Origin: Eledone cirrhosa
Taxonomy: Eukaryota
Reading direction: 5' to 3'
Length of the DNA: 64,000 nucleotides
NCBI GenBank assembly: GCA_964016885.1
Contig: OZ024740.1
Location: forward strand, 200,818,001 to 200,882,000
Part shown: one piece after another, positions 44,555 to 56,390 of the stretch
Position numbering within the stretch: the stretch's first letter is position 1
Layout of the letters: each line of letters opens with the position of its first letter
Translations under genes and position numbers: made by a program
Notes under the pieces: model-generated
What the model was told of the DNA's origin: nothing
Database searches by the model: none
The model's input: the letters and a program-made list of their open reading frames with translations, nothing else

Positions 44555-44940
44555 TAACGCCTAGGGGTATTACTTCTACTACCACTATGACCACGACCAC
44601 TAACAACAACAACAACAACAACAACAATAATAATAATAATAATAATAAAAGTGATGTTGATGGTGATGATTAATAGAAAATGCTATTTTCATCATTTCAA
44701 AAAGCAAAACAATTGATACGTTGGGTATGACTATTGGTCGTTAGCATGCTCAACCAGCCGTGACGCTTAAACCAATCAGCTGTAGTAATTCAGTGAAACT
44801 ACACACTGATTGGTCGAAATACAGTTTACAGGGCTTTGCATTCTGAAGCCACTTTTCTCTGTATAAAATGTATAAAAGGTAGTAAATTTACCCATCTCAT
44901 TACAGTTGAAAATTGCAAACTCGACCTTCACCACATATCA

Positions 44941-44979
44941 TGAACCTGAAGATTGCGAAAGCATGAAAGTACTTGTTCA
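44941..44979 (+). ncRNA. Minimal type I hammerhead ribozyme at the Neptune 3' end
   Basis: tgaac-CTGAAGA-t-tgc-gaaa-gca-t-GAAA-gtac-TT-gttca. Confidence 0.82.
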
Positions 44980-45967
44980 ATTAACACTTAGAATTTAATA
45001 TGCTATCATACTATTTCATTATAATACCATATTATATATATTTTAAAGGATTGTAAATAAAACAAGTAAATCAGACAAAGTTGGAATTCCTCTTATTAAT
45101 ATAATCTTCTATACACAATCATACACACCCGTGTATATTTACCTATCTATATCTATATATATATATATATATATATGTCTGTGTGTGTGTGTGTGTATGT
45201 ATATGTACATATGTATATGCGTATATATATATATATATATATATATCATTTTTATATTCTTTTAATCTCCCCGCATCCTTAATAGCACTTTTCAACTGCA
45301 TCTAACTCTTATTTATCATATCTATATGTATTAGTATAGTTTTATCAATATAAATATACCCATCAATTAAATTAATTTTATATCCTTTTCATAGATGTAT
45401 TTTTTTCACTAACATCCTTATCTTAAGACTCTGGTCACCTTAGATATTTGTATTGGCATCACTATTTTATAACAGCAACTGCTTGTATACCTTCTACTGA
45501 CCACCTGACCTAGTTTCACCCCTAAAATAAGTTTCAATTACTACTATTTTACCATTTGGCCAATTATTGGTTAATTCTAAACCTCTTACCAAACAGACAG
45601 AATTTATTTGATCTTTGTTGGTTAAATTCAATTAACAAAATAAAATTATTTCTGAGGTCAACATATGACCTACTCCTTCCCTAAAGTAATCCATTATTAT
45701 ATTGGATCTTTGTTGGTTTTATTCAATGAACAAATAAAATTATTTCTGAGGTCAACGTATGACCTACTTCTTCCCTAAAGTAATCCTTCATTCATAATAC
45801 TCTTTTCCATCCAAAACTGAAATCTACCTTCCTCTACCCATAATTTAACGTTCTTCTAATACTGTATCACTATTTTGACCCTCACTATCTCCTGATTGGT
45901 CAATTCAAAACATGTTCCCAAACAGACCTATTGTATTGAATCTTTGTTCTTATCAATAAACAAGTAT

Positions 45968-46107
45968 CATTATTTCTGAAGACAGCATATATATGTGAAG
46001 GTATGTATATTCCCTCTGATAGTTTGTATAAATATTGTACATAGATCTATAGAATATGCATACCAATTCTAACACATATATATCCTAGAAACGATCGTAA
46101 AATAATG
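45968..46107 (+). ncRNA. Type I hammerhead ribozyme with a ~105-nt extended stem II
   Basis: cattattt-CTGAAGA-[atatatatgtg/cacatatatat; ggtatgtatattc/gaatatgcatacc]-GAAA-cgatcg-TA-aaataatg; perfect 8-bp stem I. Confidence 0.8.
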
Positions 46108-46297
46108 AATTTTTTTAATATAAGGAACTGTTTCTTTGTTTATTCATTATTTTTTTAATAATTTATCTTGACTCTGTTTTCCGTTTATTTTTCACCGAAA
46201 GTAGTTTTTGAATGCATCTTCTCTTTTCATGATATCCGGATTACATTGAGTTCTTCATACGGATTGGACACTACTGTAAACTTTTGGTAGATTTATC

Positions 46298-46366
<69 letters not shown>

Positions 46367-46667
46367 GTATATGTATCTATGTATATGTATATATTATCAG
46401 TAGCACGAACACAGCTCGATTGAGATTAGAGGCATATATGGAAGCTTATCCAATATGTTCATGTACAGTCAACAGTGGCGTATTTGCTAGGTCGCTAGCC
46501 TGCTTGATGGCAACTGCACCACTCGATGGCCCACGTTAGTACTTTAGGGGCAATGCAAAAACATTGCTTGCAAAGATAATATCATAAGTCCTAGAGGTAG
46601 AATAAAAAATAACAATAAGCATATAAAACAATTAAGCATAATAGGGTCGTCTTGCACATGAAATGGA

Positions 46668-46712
<45 letters not shown>

Positions 46713-46740
46713 ATCAAAAGATGGTTAAATGAGTTCCATG

Positions 46741-46811
46741 TATTTTATTATGCGCATTTCAAAAACAAATATCATCATGCAACAACATTTGTGTTTTCAT
46801 CAGATAAAATA
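46741..46811 (-). ncRNA. Type I hammerhead ribozyme (left arm)
   Basis: Reverse complement of the motif at 48860-48930. Confidence 0.85.
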
Positions 46812-48859
46812 GGAGGACATGAAATGAAGGTTAAAAAACACTTGTAGATAGTGCAGTTTTAAATCAACATATGAAAAGTAGTTTTAGATTGATGTGTGAT
46901 ATTGGGTAAAAATAAATTTTGAGGGGGGGGGGGGATGAAAAAGAGGAGGAGATGAGAGTAAAAAGTGGAGGGGGAGGAGTATAGTGAGGAAGGATGAGAT
47001 AGGAGGAGAGATGGGTGATAGAGAGAGAGAGATAACTTTTATAACTGAGAAAAATATATTGTTTTACATAGAGAGGTTGTAAAAACCGTTGGAAGATAAT
47101 GTATAAATTAAAAGAATTTAAAAATTAACGAAGAGAAAAATAATGGAAAGTTAAGGTTTCTATATTGAAGGGTTTAATAATATGTGCGATGAAAAGAAAT
47201 TGTTAATATGTATTAAGAATAATATTTAAGGGTTTAATAATATGTGCGATGGAAAGAAAATGTTGATATGTATTATTAAAAAAAACAGAAGTAATGTAAG
47301 TAAGGATATATTGTGAGATGAGCATGAATAAGTTTGATGAAAGGGAGAAAAAAATAATGAATAGAGGATGAATAATCTAACGTCAAAAAATGTTTATGTT
47401 TACGAAGGATTTTTTCAAGGTCATATGAAGTAAGAATATGGTGTATTGTGTAATAATTGTTTCTATGTTAGGCACAGTGAAAAAAGGTACAGATTAGGGG
47501 TTAGAAATTAGGAGTGATGTAGAATATAATAAATATAATAAATAACTTTGAAATAAGGTAGAAAGATGGGTATATTTTTAGAGAAGTATATATATATATA
47601 TATATGTGCCTTTGAGAAAAGGATTCTGAATTGATAAAGTTTATCATATTAGCTGTATACTTTATGGAAAGTTCTGTGGAATTTATGCAAGCAGATAGAA
47701 AACAAGTCAGTGCGTCTATTTATTATAGAATCTAAATTAGAAATAATGGTAAATTTTTCATTTAGACAGAGATTGCAAGTCTTGGATAGAGAACTGTTCC
47801 TCTGCTTCTTCATACTTGAACAGTTCTCTATCTAAGACTTGCAATCTCTGTCTAAATGAAAAATTTACCATTATTTCTAATTTAGATTCTATAATAAATA
47901 GACGCACTGACTTGTTTTCTATCTGCTTGCATAAATTCCACAGAACTTTCCATAAAGTATACAGCTAATATGATAAACTTTATCAATTCAGAATCCTTTT
48001 CTCAAAGGCACATATATATATATATATACTTCTCTAAAAATATACCCATCTTTCTACCTTATTTCAAAGTTATTTATTATATTTATTATATTCTACATCA
48101 CTCCTAATTTCTAACCCCTAATCTGTACCTTTTCTCACTGTGCCTAACATTGAAACAATACACCATATTCCTACTACATATCACCTTGAAAAAATCCTTC
48201 GTAAACATAAACATTTTTTGACGTTAGATTATTCATCCTCTATTCATTATTTTTTCTCCCTTTCATCTAACTTATTCATGCTCATCTCACAATATATCCT
48301 TACTTACATTACTTCTGTTTTTTTAATAATACATATCAACATTTTCTTTCCATCGCACATATTATTAAACCCTTAAATATTATTCTTAATACATATTAAC
48401 ATTTTCTTTCCATCGCACATATTATTAAACCCTTAAATATTATTCTTAATACATATTAACAATTTCTTTTCATCGCACATATTATTAAACCCTTCAATAT
48501 ACAAACCTTAACTTTACATTATTTTTCTCTTCGTTAATTTTCAAATTCTTTTAATTTATACATTATCTTCCAACGGTTTTTTCAACCTCTCTATGTAAAA
48601 CAATATATTTTTCTCAGTTATAAAAGCTATCTCTCTCTCTCTATCACCCATCTCTCCTCATATCTCGTCCTTCCTCACTATACTCCTCCCCCTCCACTTT
48701 TTACTCTCATCTCCTCCTCTTTTTCATCCTTTCCAACTTCCCCACCCCCCTCCAAAATTTTTTTTGCCCAATATCACACATCAATCTAAAACTACTTTTC
48801 ATATGTTGATTTAAAACTGTACTATCCACAAGTGTTTTTTTAACCTTCATATCATGTCC

Positions 48860-48930
48860 TATTTTATCTGATGAAAACCCAAATGTTATTGCATGATGAT
48901 ATTTGTTTTTGAAATGCGCATAATAAAATA
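48860..48930 (+). ncRNA. Type I hammerhead ribozyme (right arm)
   Basis: tattttat-CTGATGA-aaacccaaatgttatt-gcatg-atgatatttgttttt-GAAA-tgcgca-TA-ataaaata. Confidence 0.87.
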
Positions 48931-49054
48931 CATGGAACTCATTTAACCATCTTTTGATCTTATATATTATGTATACTCCAGTCCTACAAACTGTAGAGTG
49001 CTTCTTATCCGATATCTGCATTGCTTTATTGTACTACAATAAAACTCACCTCCT

Positions 49055-49116
<62 letters not shown>

Positions 49117-49364
49117 TCCATCTCATGTACAAGACGAGGTTAACTTTGCCTTTCATCCTTACGGGGTCGATAAAATAAAGTACCAGTAATGCACTGGAAT
49201 AATTGCTGGCCTTGTGCCAAAAGTAGAAACAATTATTATTTTTTATTCTACCTCTAGGACTTATGATATTATCTTTGCATATATATATAAACAATGCATG
49301 AAACCGAATTTTCAGCTCTTGAGGCGCCGAGAATATATGTAATTATATAAGTATAATGTGCTTA

Positions 49365-49602
49365 AGTGCAGAAATGCTGTAAAGATAGCTTATAAAATAG
49401 GGTAAAAACAGTTAAAAGACAGAAAAAAAATTTGCCAACGACCGGTATGAAGAATTGAACCCCATATTTTCCAGATAGTGGCTGGAGAATATCTAGAAGA
49501 TATGGGGTTCAATACCTCATCGTGGTCGCTGGCAAATTCTTTTTTGCTCTTTTAAAGGTCTTCATCCTATTTTATAAGCTATATTTATAGCATTTCTGCG
49601 CT
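49365..49602. repeat. Imperfect ~240-bp palindrome with a tRNA B-box-like motif near the centre
   Basis: gcagaaatgct...tagcttataaaatagg...tttgcca...ttgaaccccatat mirrored by atatggggttcaa...tggcaaa...cctattttataagcta...agcatttctgc. Confidence 0.8.
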
Positions 49603-50476
49603 CTGGGAACTTTCTTTATGCTTATATTATTAAATATATAGAGAGAGAGAGTGTGTGTGTGTGTGTGAGAGAGAGAGCGACAGAGAGAATTAGTTATTTG
49701 TATTAATAAATATAAACATAATTAAATAAATAAAAGTAAATATTAGTGTGGAATAATTGATAGAATAAACGAACCCGGTATCCAACGTTGTTAAATATTT
49801 AAGCAAACCCATACATAACTTTTAAGTAAGACCATAAAGTTTACAAAGATTAATATATATATAACTTCAAAATATATTTTAAATTCTAACAGTCACGGTG
49901 GTTGTGTTGTACAAGTGTTGGTTACATAATTGTATAACAGATAATTTTAATTGGTAAAGACTGTTCAGAGTTCAATCTCCTCACTCCCCCAGAAGAAGAA
50001 GCTTGCTTTTTTTTTTTTTTTTTTTTTTTCTTTTGCTAATTAGAAGTGAGAATTTAGAAGTAACTGAAGAGCACAGCCCACCTTGGCATCTGTGGCTGCG
50101 ACTTCCTTCGGCATCGTTGTGCTTGGGGCGCGATTCGCCCTGGTAGCTCCGACTGCGGCTGCGGCTTCCTTCGGCATCGCTTGGCGTTGGGCGCAACTCG
50201 CCCTGGCAGTACCGGCCACGACTGGGGCTTCCTCCGGCATTATATCCTTTTACGTTCTGAGTTCAAATCTCACCGAGGTTAAGCTTTGCTATTCATATTT
50301 ACGGGGTTGATGAAATAATGGAACCAGTAACGAATTGGTGTCGGTTTAATCCACATTTCTTTCCGTTAAAAATATTGGCCTTGCAAAATCAGCAACCATT
50401 ATCCATAAACATATTGTTTATGCTTTCATATACGCCTCTCTCTCCTACTTTTTCTTTCCCTCTATATAAGTATATA

Positions 50477-50534
<58 letters not shown>

Positions 50535-50539
<5 letters not shown>

Positions 50540-50920
50540 GGAAAAGAATGAAACGAAATTTCATTTCTCACTCTTAGTACGGCTGATACCTAAATATAAA
50601 TATTTATACGTACATACATATATGTGTACAGACGTACAGTAGTATGTATATATATACATACATGCACACATATATATATGTACATATGGGTTTACCGAAC
50701 ATTTATTATAATGTTCGGTTTGTTTGTAAACAAACAGCCCGAATTACGCCGTACAGTGCTCGGCAACCGTCGTCGCCCTTTTGTTCAACACTGACAAAGG
50801 AACGATGTACTAGTTTCAAGCTTATAAGCTATCGTCAGCATCGTATACCTTTCTCTCAGATGATTGAACGTTTGAAAGTATATTCTTTCCTTATGCATAT
50901 TAACGTTCAAATTCTCTGAT
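50535..50920 (-). mobile_element. Non-coding hammerhead element, family C; homolog at 58735-59170
   Basis: Shared aaacgaaatttcatttctcactcttagta end and ttgttcaacactgac...gaacgatg.actagtttcaagctt body. Confidence 0.8.
50802..50844 (-). ncRNA. Minimal type I hammerhead ribozyme
   Basis: acgatg-CTGACGA-t-agct-tata-agct-t-GAAA-ctag-TA-catcgt. Confidence 0.88.
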
Positions 50921-53257
50921 TCAGTATTTCAATGTTCCTTCTGTTAAAAGACCTCCAAAAATTTGGTTAATATACTTTAGGATATCGGATTACATTTTTT
51001 TAGAATCACTGTATTCTGTGTACAAACCGAGGCCAACATCACCTTTCATCCATTCGAGATCGGTAAATTGGCGGAATGTTTACAGAGTGAGACGGTGCGT
51101 AATTCGGTTGTGTGCGTTGAGATCAAATTCCAGCTCTTTCTATCAGGAATTGCGCTTGGGTGATAGTATCAGCAAAAGAAATACCCGTAGAAACATTGTT
51201 TCCTTTATCCGATCTGACGATCGGCTTCTTTCCTTTTCTTTTTTTCTTCCCGTCTTAGAAAACAACGTAAAACGTTGCTATCATTAGTTTTACAAGTGTA
51301 ATAACCCTTAAATCCAAAGTAAACACTATTCTTCCCACTTATTTTAGAAATTTTCCATCGCTGGCCACATTTATTGATATTATATTGATTTCTTAAATTA
51401 CCGTAGATATTTATCCTTTTCACTAATGCCTTAGTTTGTCTCATTTATAAACGTTAATAAATATAATAGTGAATAAATTTCGTCATTGAAAATTAATTGT
51501 CTGAAATTCTCATTAGTGTCAGAATCCTGACAAAGTAACATTAATGCTGTGTTGAAACGTTGGTTTAGAGCATTGACGTTCATCACTCAGTAGTTGGAAT
51601 AGACCTCCGTCGGTTTCGACGATGAGTCTTCCAGTTGTTCAATCGATGGAATGGCATGCTCATGAGATTTACGAGTTGGTGGCTGAACATTCCATAGATA
51701 TGTGTACCCTTAACATAAGGGAAATTCAGGGTGACACATTGCGTGACAAGGCAGACCTTTTGAATTACACGTACAGTCCATCCACGGGCTTCCAAACAGT
51801 TACCACCTACCTAATTTCACTCACAAGTTATGGTTTGACCTGTGGCTATGGTAAATGACACTTGCCCAAGACACTACGCAAGGAAATCGAACTCGGAACT
51901 TAATGATTGTAGAGAAAAGTTTTTATCATTTAGTCAAGCTACCTCCACATCAGCCGGTGGTTGTGCGAAAGTGTATGATGCACACAATGTGCTCTGTCAC
52001 CCAGATTACATGCTGATCTTTTTTTTAAATATTTGTACATATAAATACAATCAGGCGGCGAATTGGTATATTTGTTGTAGCATCCGAGAGAATATTTTAC
52101 GTATTCATTCCGACATTATGCTTTCTGATTTCAAATACATCCTTCAATAAATGAATATATTATTCTTGGACTGAAGAAGGTTATTTTTTTTTTCTGTTTT
52201 TCTTTCATTCTAACCCCTCCTCTCTCCCTGTCTCTTTGTAAAAAAAAGTCAGCTGTGGTGAAACCTTGAGAAGGATGAACACGGCTAGGTTTAAAATGAT
52301 GAAGACACGCCGTATGTGGTTGTACCCACAATTACATTAACTGCTAAGAAACACATTATCAATGATAGATACATTAACCCAGATTATTCGATTCTTATTA
52401 AATTAATCGCTTATTTAGTATAGTATCTCTAATATGGTTTGGTCGCCTAACTCCTGAGTCGTAGGGCCGCCGTAGTTGTATACGACTTTTCCTGTGCATT
52501 TTTTAAGCCTGGCGGAGCCCATCTCCTCGGATCTGAACACAGTAGATTTTTTCCAGAGAAAGTTAAAAATGAGCACGGAAAGTCATAAAAAGGTATAGAG
52601 GAAGAATCGACGACAGTACTAAACTGGTTCTTCTTTTATCGACCTTGAAAAGATAAAAGGTGAAGTCGACTTCGGATTGATTTGAACTTGGAGAGCAGAG
52701 AACCGGAAAGAGTGCCACAAACATTATATCCAATCCCGCCGAGGTTAACTTTGCCTTTCATCCTTACGGGGTCGATAAAATAAAGTACCAGTAATGCACT
52801 GGGATAATTGCTGGTCTTGTGCCAAAAGTAGAAACAATTATATCCAACGTTCTGCCAATTCTCCACCTATCATAACGTATGCATTGTCATTTGTATTTTT
52901 TGTCTTTTTCTATTTTACTTAGTTTTCTTTCGTTAGACAGCCGCCATGCTAGGACACAACATTTAGGACATTTTGTTCACTATGTCAATCCCAGGACATT
53001 TTTTTTTAATATCAAATACTTGTTTTAGCGATTTTGTAATTGTTGAACAGTTAAGCTATGGCAGGGAAACAAATACTGAACGTAAACACAGACACTGAGA
53101 ATCACATGATTTCTTCCGAATGAAACAGTTCTAGTCCTGTATAAGCCATTTCTATATTAAATGTTTATACTTTGCTATGTTTTGAGTACCTTACTTTCTG
53201 CGGTTACCCCCGATTGAACCCGGAATAAACATACACACACACACACTCACACACACA

Positions 53258-53322
<65 letters not shown>

Positions 53323-53324
<2 letters not shown>

Positions 53325-54065
53325 TACCAGAAGTACCCGGCGTTGCGCGGCTGTAAGTCCACCTTTGCTCTGTTGTTAAAATGTGTGAAAGTTACTTCCC
53401 GCGCATCACAGGTGCAAAAACCTTCGAACCTCAAGGAAAAAATACAGAGGTTAGTAGACGCAGGTGTGTAATTGAGCATAAATAATGGATCAATTGTCGA
53501 TATACAGTGTATCGTTGAAATTGTTCTTTGCACGACTGACGGAGGTCAAATTGACTTGAAATTGAATTTTCAGTTGATTTTTAAAGCAGGGTGAAAAAGT
53601 CGATTTTGCAATATTACACACTGAATTCTTCTGCCAAAAATAAGGGTTGCCTCCCTTGCCGAGACCCACGTGGGTATTGGTAACGGTCAATCCTTGGCCT
53701 GGCACTTGAACTGAAACCTGTTGAGAAAGTGACTTCCTTGTTCAATCATCTTACCAAAAGCTTAACATTATTTGTCTAAGCGGACAGTACTTGATTTAGG
53801 AGTCGCAGGAACCCAAATGCTGGATTTTACCAACCATCCAGGGGTCCGGGTAAATTTTTCAATCACATTTTTTTATTTGTTTGACCCGAATTATTTGGTC
53901 GTTTCTATGGCTGTGCGGATAATGGTTTAACCATCGTCTCAGTGTGTTTGGCCTTTTAACGTATGTTGTAGCTCTGGTTCGTTAGAATTTATTGAGCGCT
54001 TGCCACACATCTCGGAAGTTGTTTTTCGCTAATTTCCAATAGCCGAAATACGATTCTCGCTAATT
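53323..54065 (-). mobile_element. Non-autonomous Helitron-like element carrying an unidentified structured segment
   Basis: The minus-strand end ccgcgcaacgccgggtacttctggtag|t resembles a Helitron 3' hairpin plus CTRR end. 53603-54065 is homologous to 56470-56955 and 61890-62375. Confidence 0.5.
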
Positions 54066-54094
54066 TATATTTGTATATATATATATATATATAT

Positions 54095-54325
54095 ATAACG
54101 AAGGAAGTTTGGTAATGAACCAGATGTACCATAACGCACCAGAGTACGCAATACTAAGGGTAATAGAATGGGTAATAGGAAAAAGTTTAACCCCGGCGGC
54201 AGAGCTCAAGCCGTTTCGACGACTATTTCAGGACTAAATTAGAACCTTTAGCTAAAAATTCTAATTTAGTCCCGAAATGTCGTAGAAACGGCTTGAGCTC
54301 TGCCGTCGGGGTAAACTTTTTCCTA
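54095..54325. mobile_element. Fold-back family F copy, arms ~75 bp
   Basis: Same tail and arm as 28618-28815, but the turnaround lies further in (tttagctaaa, ~54253). Confidence 0.88.
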
Positions 54326-54339
54326 TATATATATATATT

Positions 54340-55590
54340 AAAAAAGGGAAGTAAGGTTATATACAAAAAGTGGATATAGAGAAATGGTGAAGTTGGAAAT
54401 AGCACGGAAATATATTTTAGGGTCTGTTTTTCTTTTTTTTTTCCTTCGATTCGTCAAAGCGACATTATTGAAAAGATGACATTATTGAAAAAATGAGAGG
54501 GACAATTCTTTTAAAAAAGAGTTTTATAATGTATATAAAGTATATAAAGTATTATCAGTTTCGATGTATTATTAAAATTCATCTTATCAAAAGTTGAGTA
54601 TTACAATTAAAAAGAATTAATAAGAATTAAAAACTAAAAATTTAAAATTTAAAATTAAGTGTTGAAGTAAGTTTTTTTCCCATCTTCCTTGCTCAGAAGG
54701 GTACTGGCGAATGAGTTCTTGTATATATTATAGAGAGTGGTGTGTAGTCTTGATTGTAGCAGCAGTGTTGGGAGTTGTTTCTTCACAGAACAAAATTGTT
54801 TTGGGGGGACAAAGGAAATATTCTGTAAATATATGTGTGTTTATCTGATTGTGTTAATTGACTGGTAAAGAGATCAAATGGGGGTGGGGAGGGGAATGGG
54901 GATTTGTAAGCTAGAGTCAAATTCTACGGAAACAGTAGGGTTGTAAAAGCAATTCTATTTTTGGAATATGGTTTTAGGGAGTGTGAGGGTATATATATAT
55001 ATAAAAATACACACATGTGTGGGGGATTGTGGGGTGTGTATGTGTGTGTGTGTGTGTTTTCAATCTGTCTATCACAGGTCCCTTTGTGGTGGGAAATAAA
55101 TAAAAAAACAGAGCAGAGTATTGGGGTGGCTTTCACATTTTTGAAAAATATGTGAATGAGCAATTTTTTCTCTTTTATTTTGTGGTGTGTGTGTGTGTGG
55201 GGGGGGGGGGACAGCATATTAAATTTTGGTTTAAATTTGTTAATAAATAGTTTTTCGTTATTTATTCTTAGTTGTTGAGTGAACGAATCGGAGAACTTGT
55301 AAAGGGGGCGGATTTTAAAGTTGGGTAGAGTCAGTCCTGCACAATCTGCAATGTGGCTATTTAAGGGGATTTTTCTCGTGTTTGCGTCTCGGATTTGTTG
55401 GCGATGGATGGTTATTCTTTTGCGCAGTGGCACACCCGTCTGCCCTATATAGTTATGTCGACAGCCACCGCATGTGATTACGTAGATCAGGTTCTCCGAG
55501 TTGCAAATGAAGGTGTTTTTCACTGTGAAAGTTTGGCCATCTTTGAACGTGAATTTTGTCCTTCAATTAAATATAGGTATGTGCCAGTTT
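54340..55590 (-). mobile_element. Neptune-like PLE 3' fragment (GIY-YIG + 3' UTR)
   Basis: ORF 54924..55523: FICNSENLIYVITCGGCRHNYIGQTG..LRKRITIHRQQIR...HIADC...EKLFINKFKPKFN. Confidence 0.9.
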
Positions 55591-55811
55591 GTTCATATAT
55601 ATATATATATATATATAATTATATATATATATAATTGTTTCTACTTTAGGCACAAGGCCAGCAATTACCCAGTGCATTACTGGTACTTTATTTTATTGAC
55701 CCCGTAAGGATGAAAGGCAAAGTCAACGTCGGCTGGATTTGAACTCGGATCGTAAATGGACGTAACTATCTGGAAAACATGGCGTCCGACACTCTACCGA
55801 TACTGTCAATC

Positions 55812-55829
<18 letters not shown>

Positions 55830-55855
<26 letters not shown>

Positions 55856-56337
55856 CTCTATTTTCATTTATATATATATATATATATGCTAAGGGTATAT
55901 GAATTTAAGAATGCTCAGCCACTTACACAAAATTGATTCCATGATCAAGCTGTTCCGTTGATTGAACAACCAAGTTATTAATGATTGTAACCTATGGAGG
56001 TATATTCCATACCCTAATTACTCTCATCTGTATACATCATACTCTATCTTCATTCTCATTCCTTCTTATATATCCTCTATTTTTTCTAATCCTATTCGTT
56101 TCTTTCTATTGGGTGGGAGCAGGCTTCATTTTTCCTTTTAATTTCTTTCATATTTTCAATTTTTTATACTTTTTTTTACATATTGTTTTCTTTACATCTA
56201 TATGAAATATGTCGGTATTATGTGTTATGTTTTATTATTTCTATTTTCTTTATTATTATGCAGGTGGCAATTCCTTATAGATGTCACATAAGTTAAATGG
56301 CTTTTTGTTACCGTATTTCACACACACACACACATTT

Positions 56338-56390
<53 letters not shown>

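Larger units (their letters stand above)
40751..46303 (+). mobile_element. Naiad-like PLE bounded by ~135-bp direct repeats (40751-40885 and 46168-46303), interrupted by a nested Neptune-like PLE
   Basis: Near-identical direct repeats; Naiad-type RT; hammerhead just upstream of the 3' repeat. Confidence 0.88.
46711..48960. mobile_element. 2.25-kb palindrome made of a Naiad-like PLE 3' end plus its inverted copy; unique tail ~48961-49055
   Basis: Arms of ~1.1 kb around an 18-nt loop (47800-47817). 47819-47968(+) translates NSSLSKTCNLCLNEKFTIISNLDSIINRRTDLFSICLHKFHRTFHKVYS*. Confidence 0.93.

Noticed and set aside
45600-45790. CRISPR-like array
   Set aside because: These are plain tandem duplications without unique spacers, in a eukaryotic context with no cas genes.
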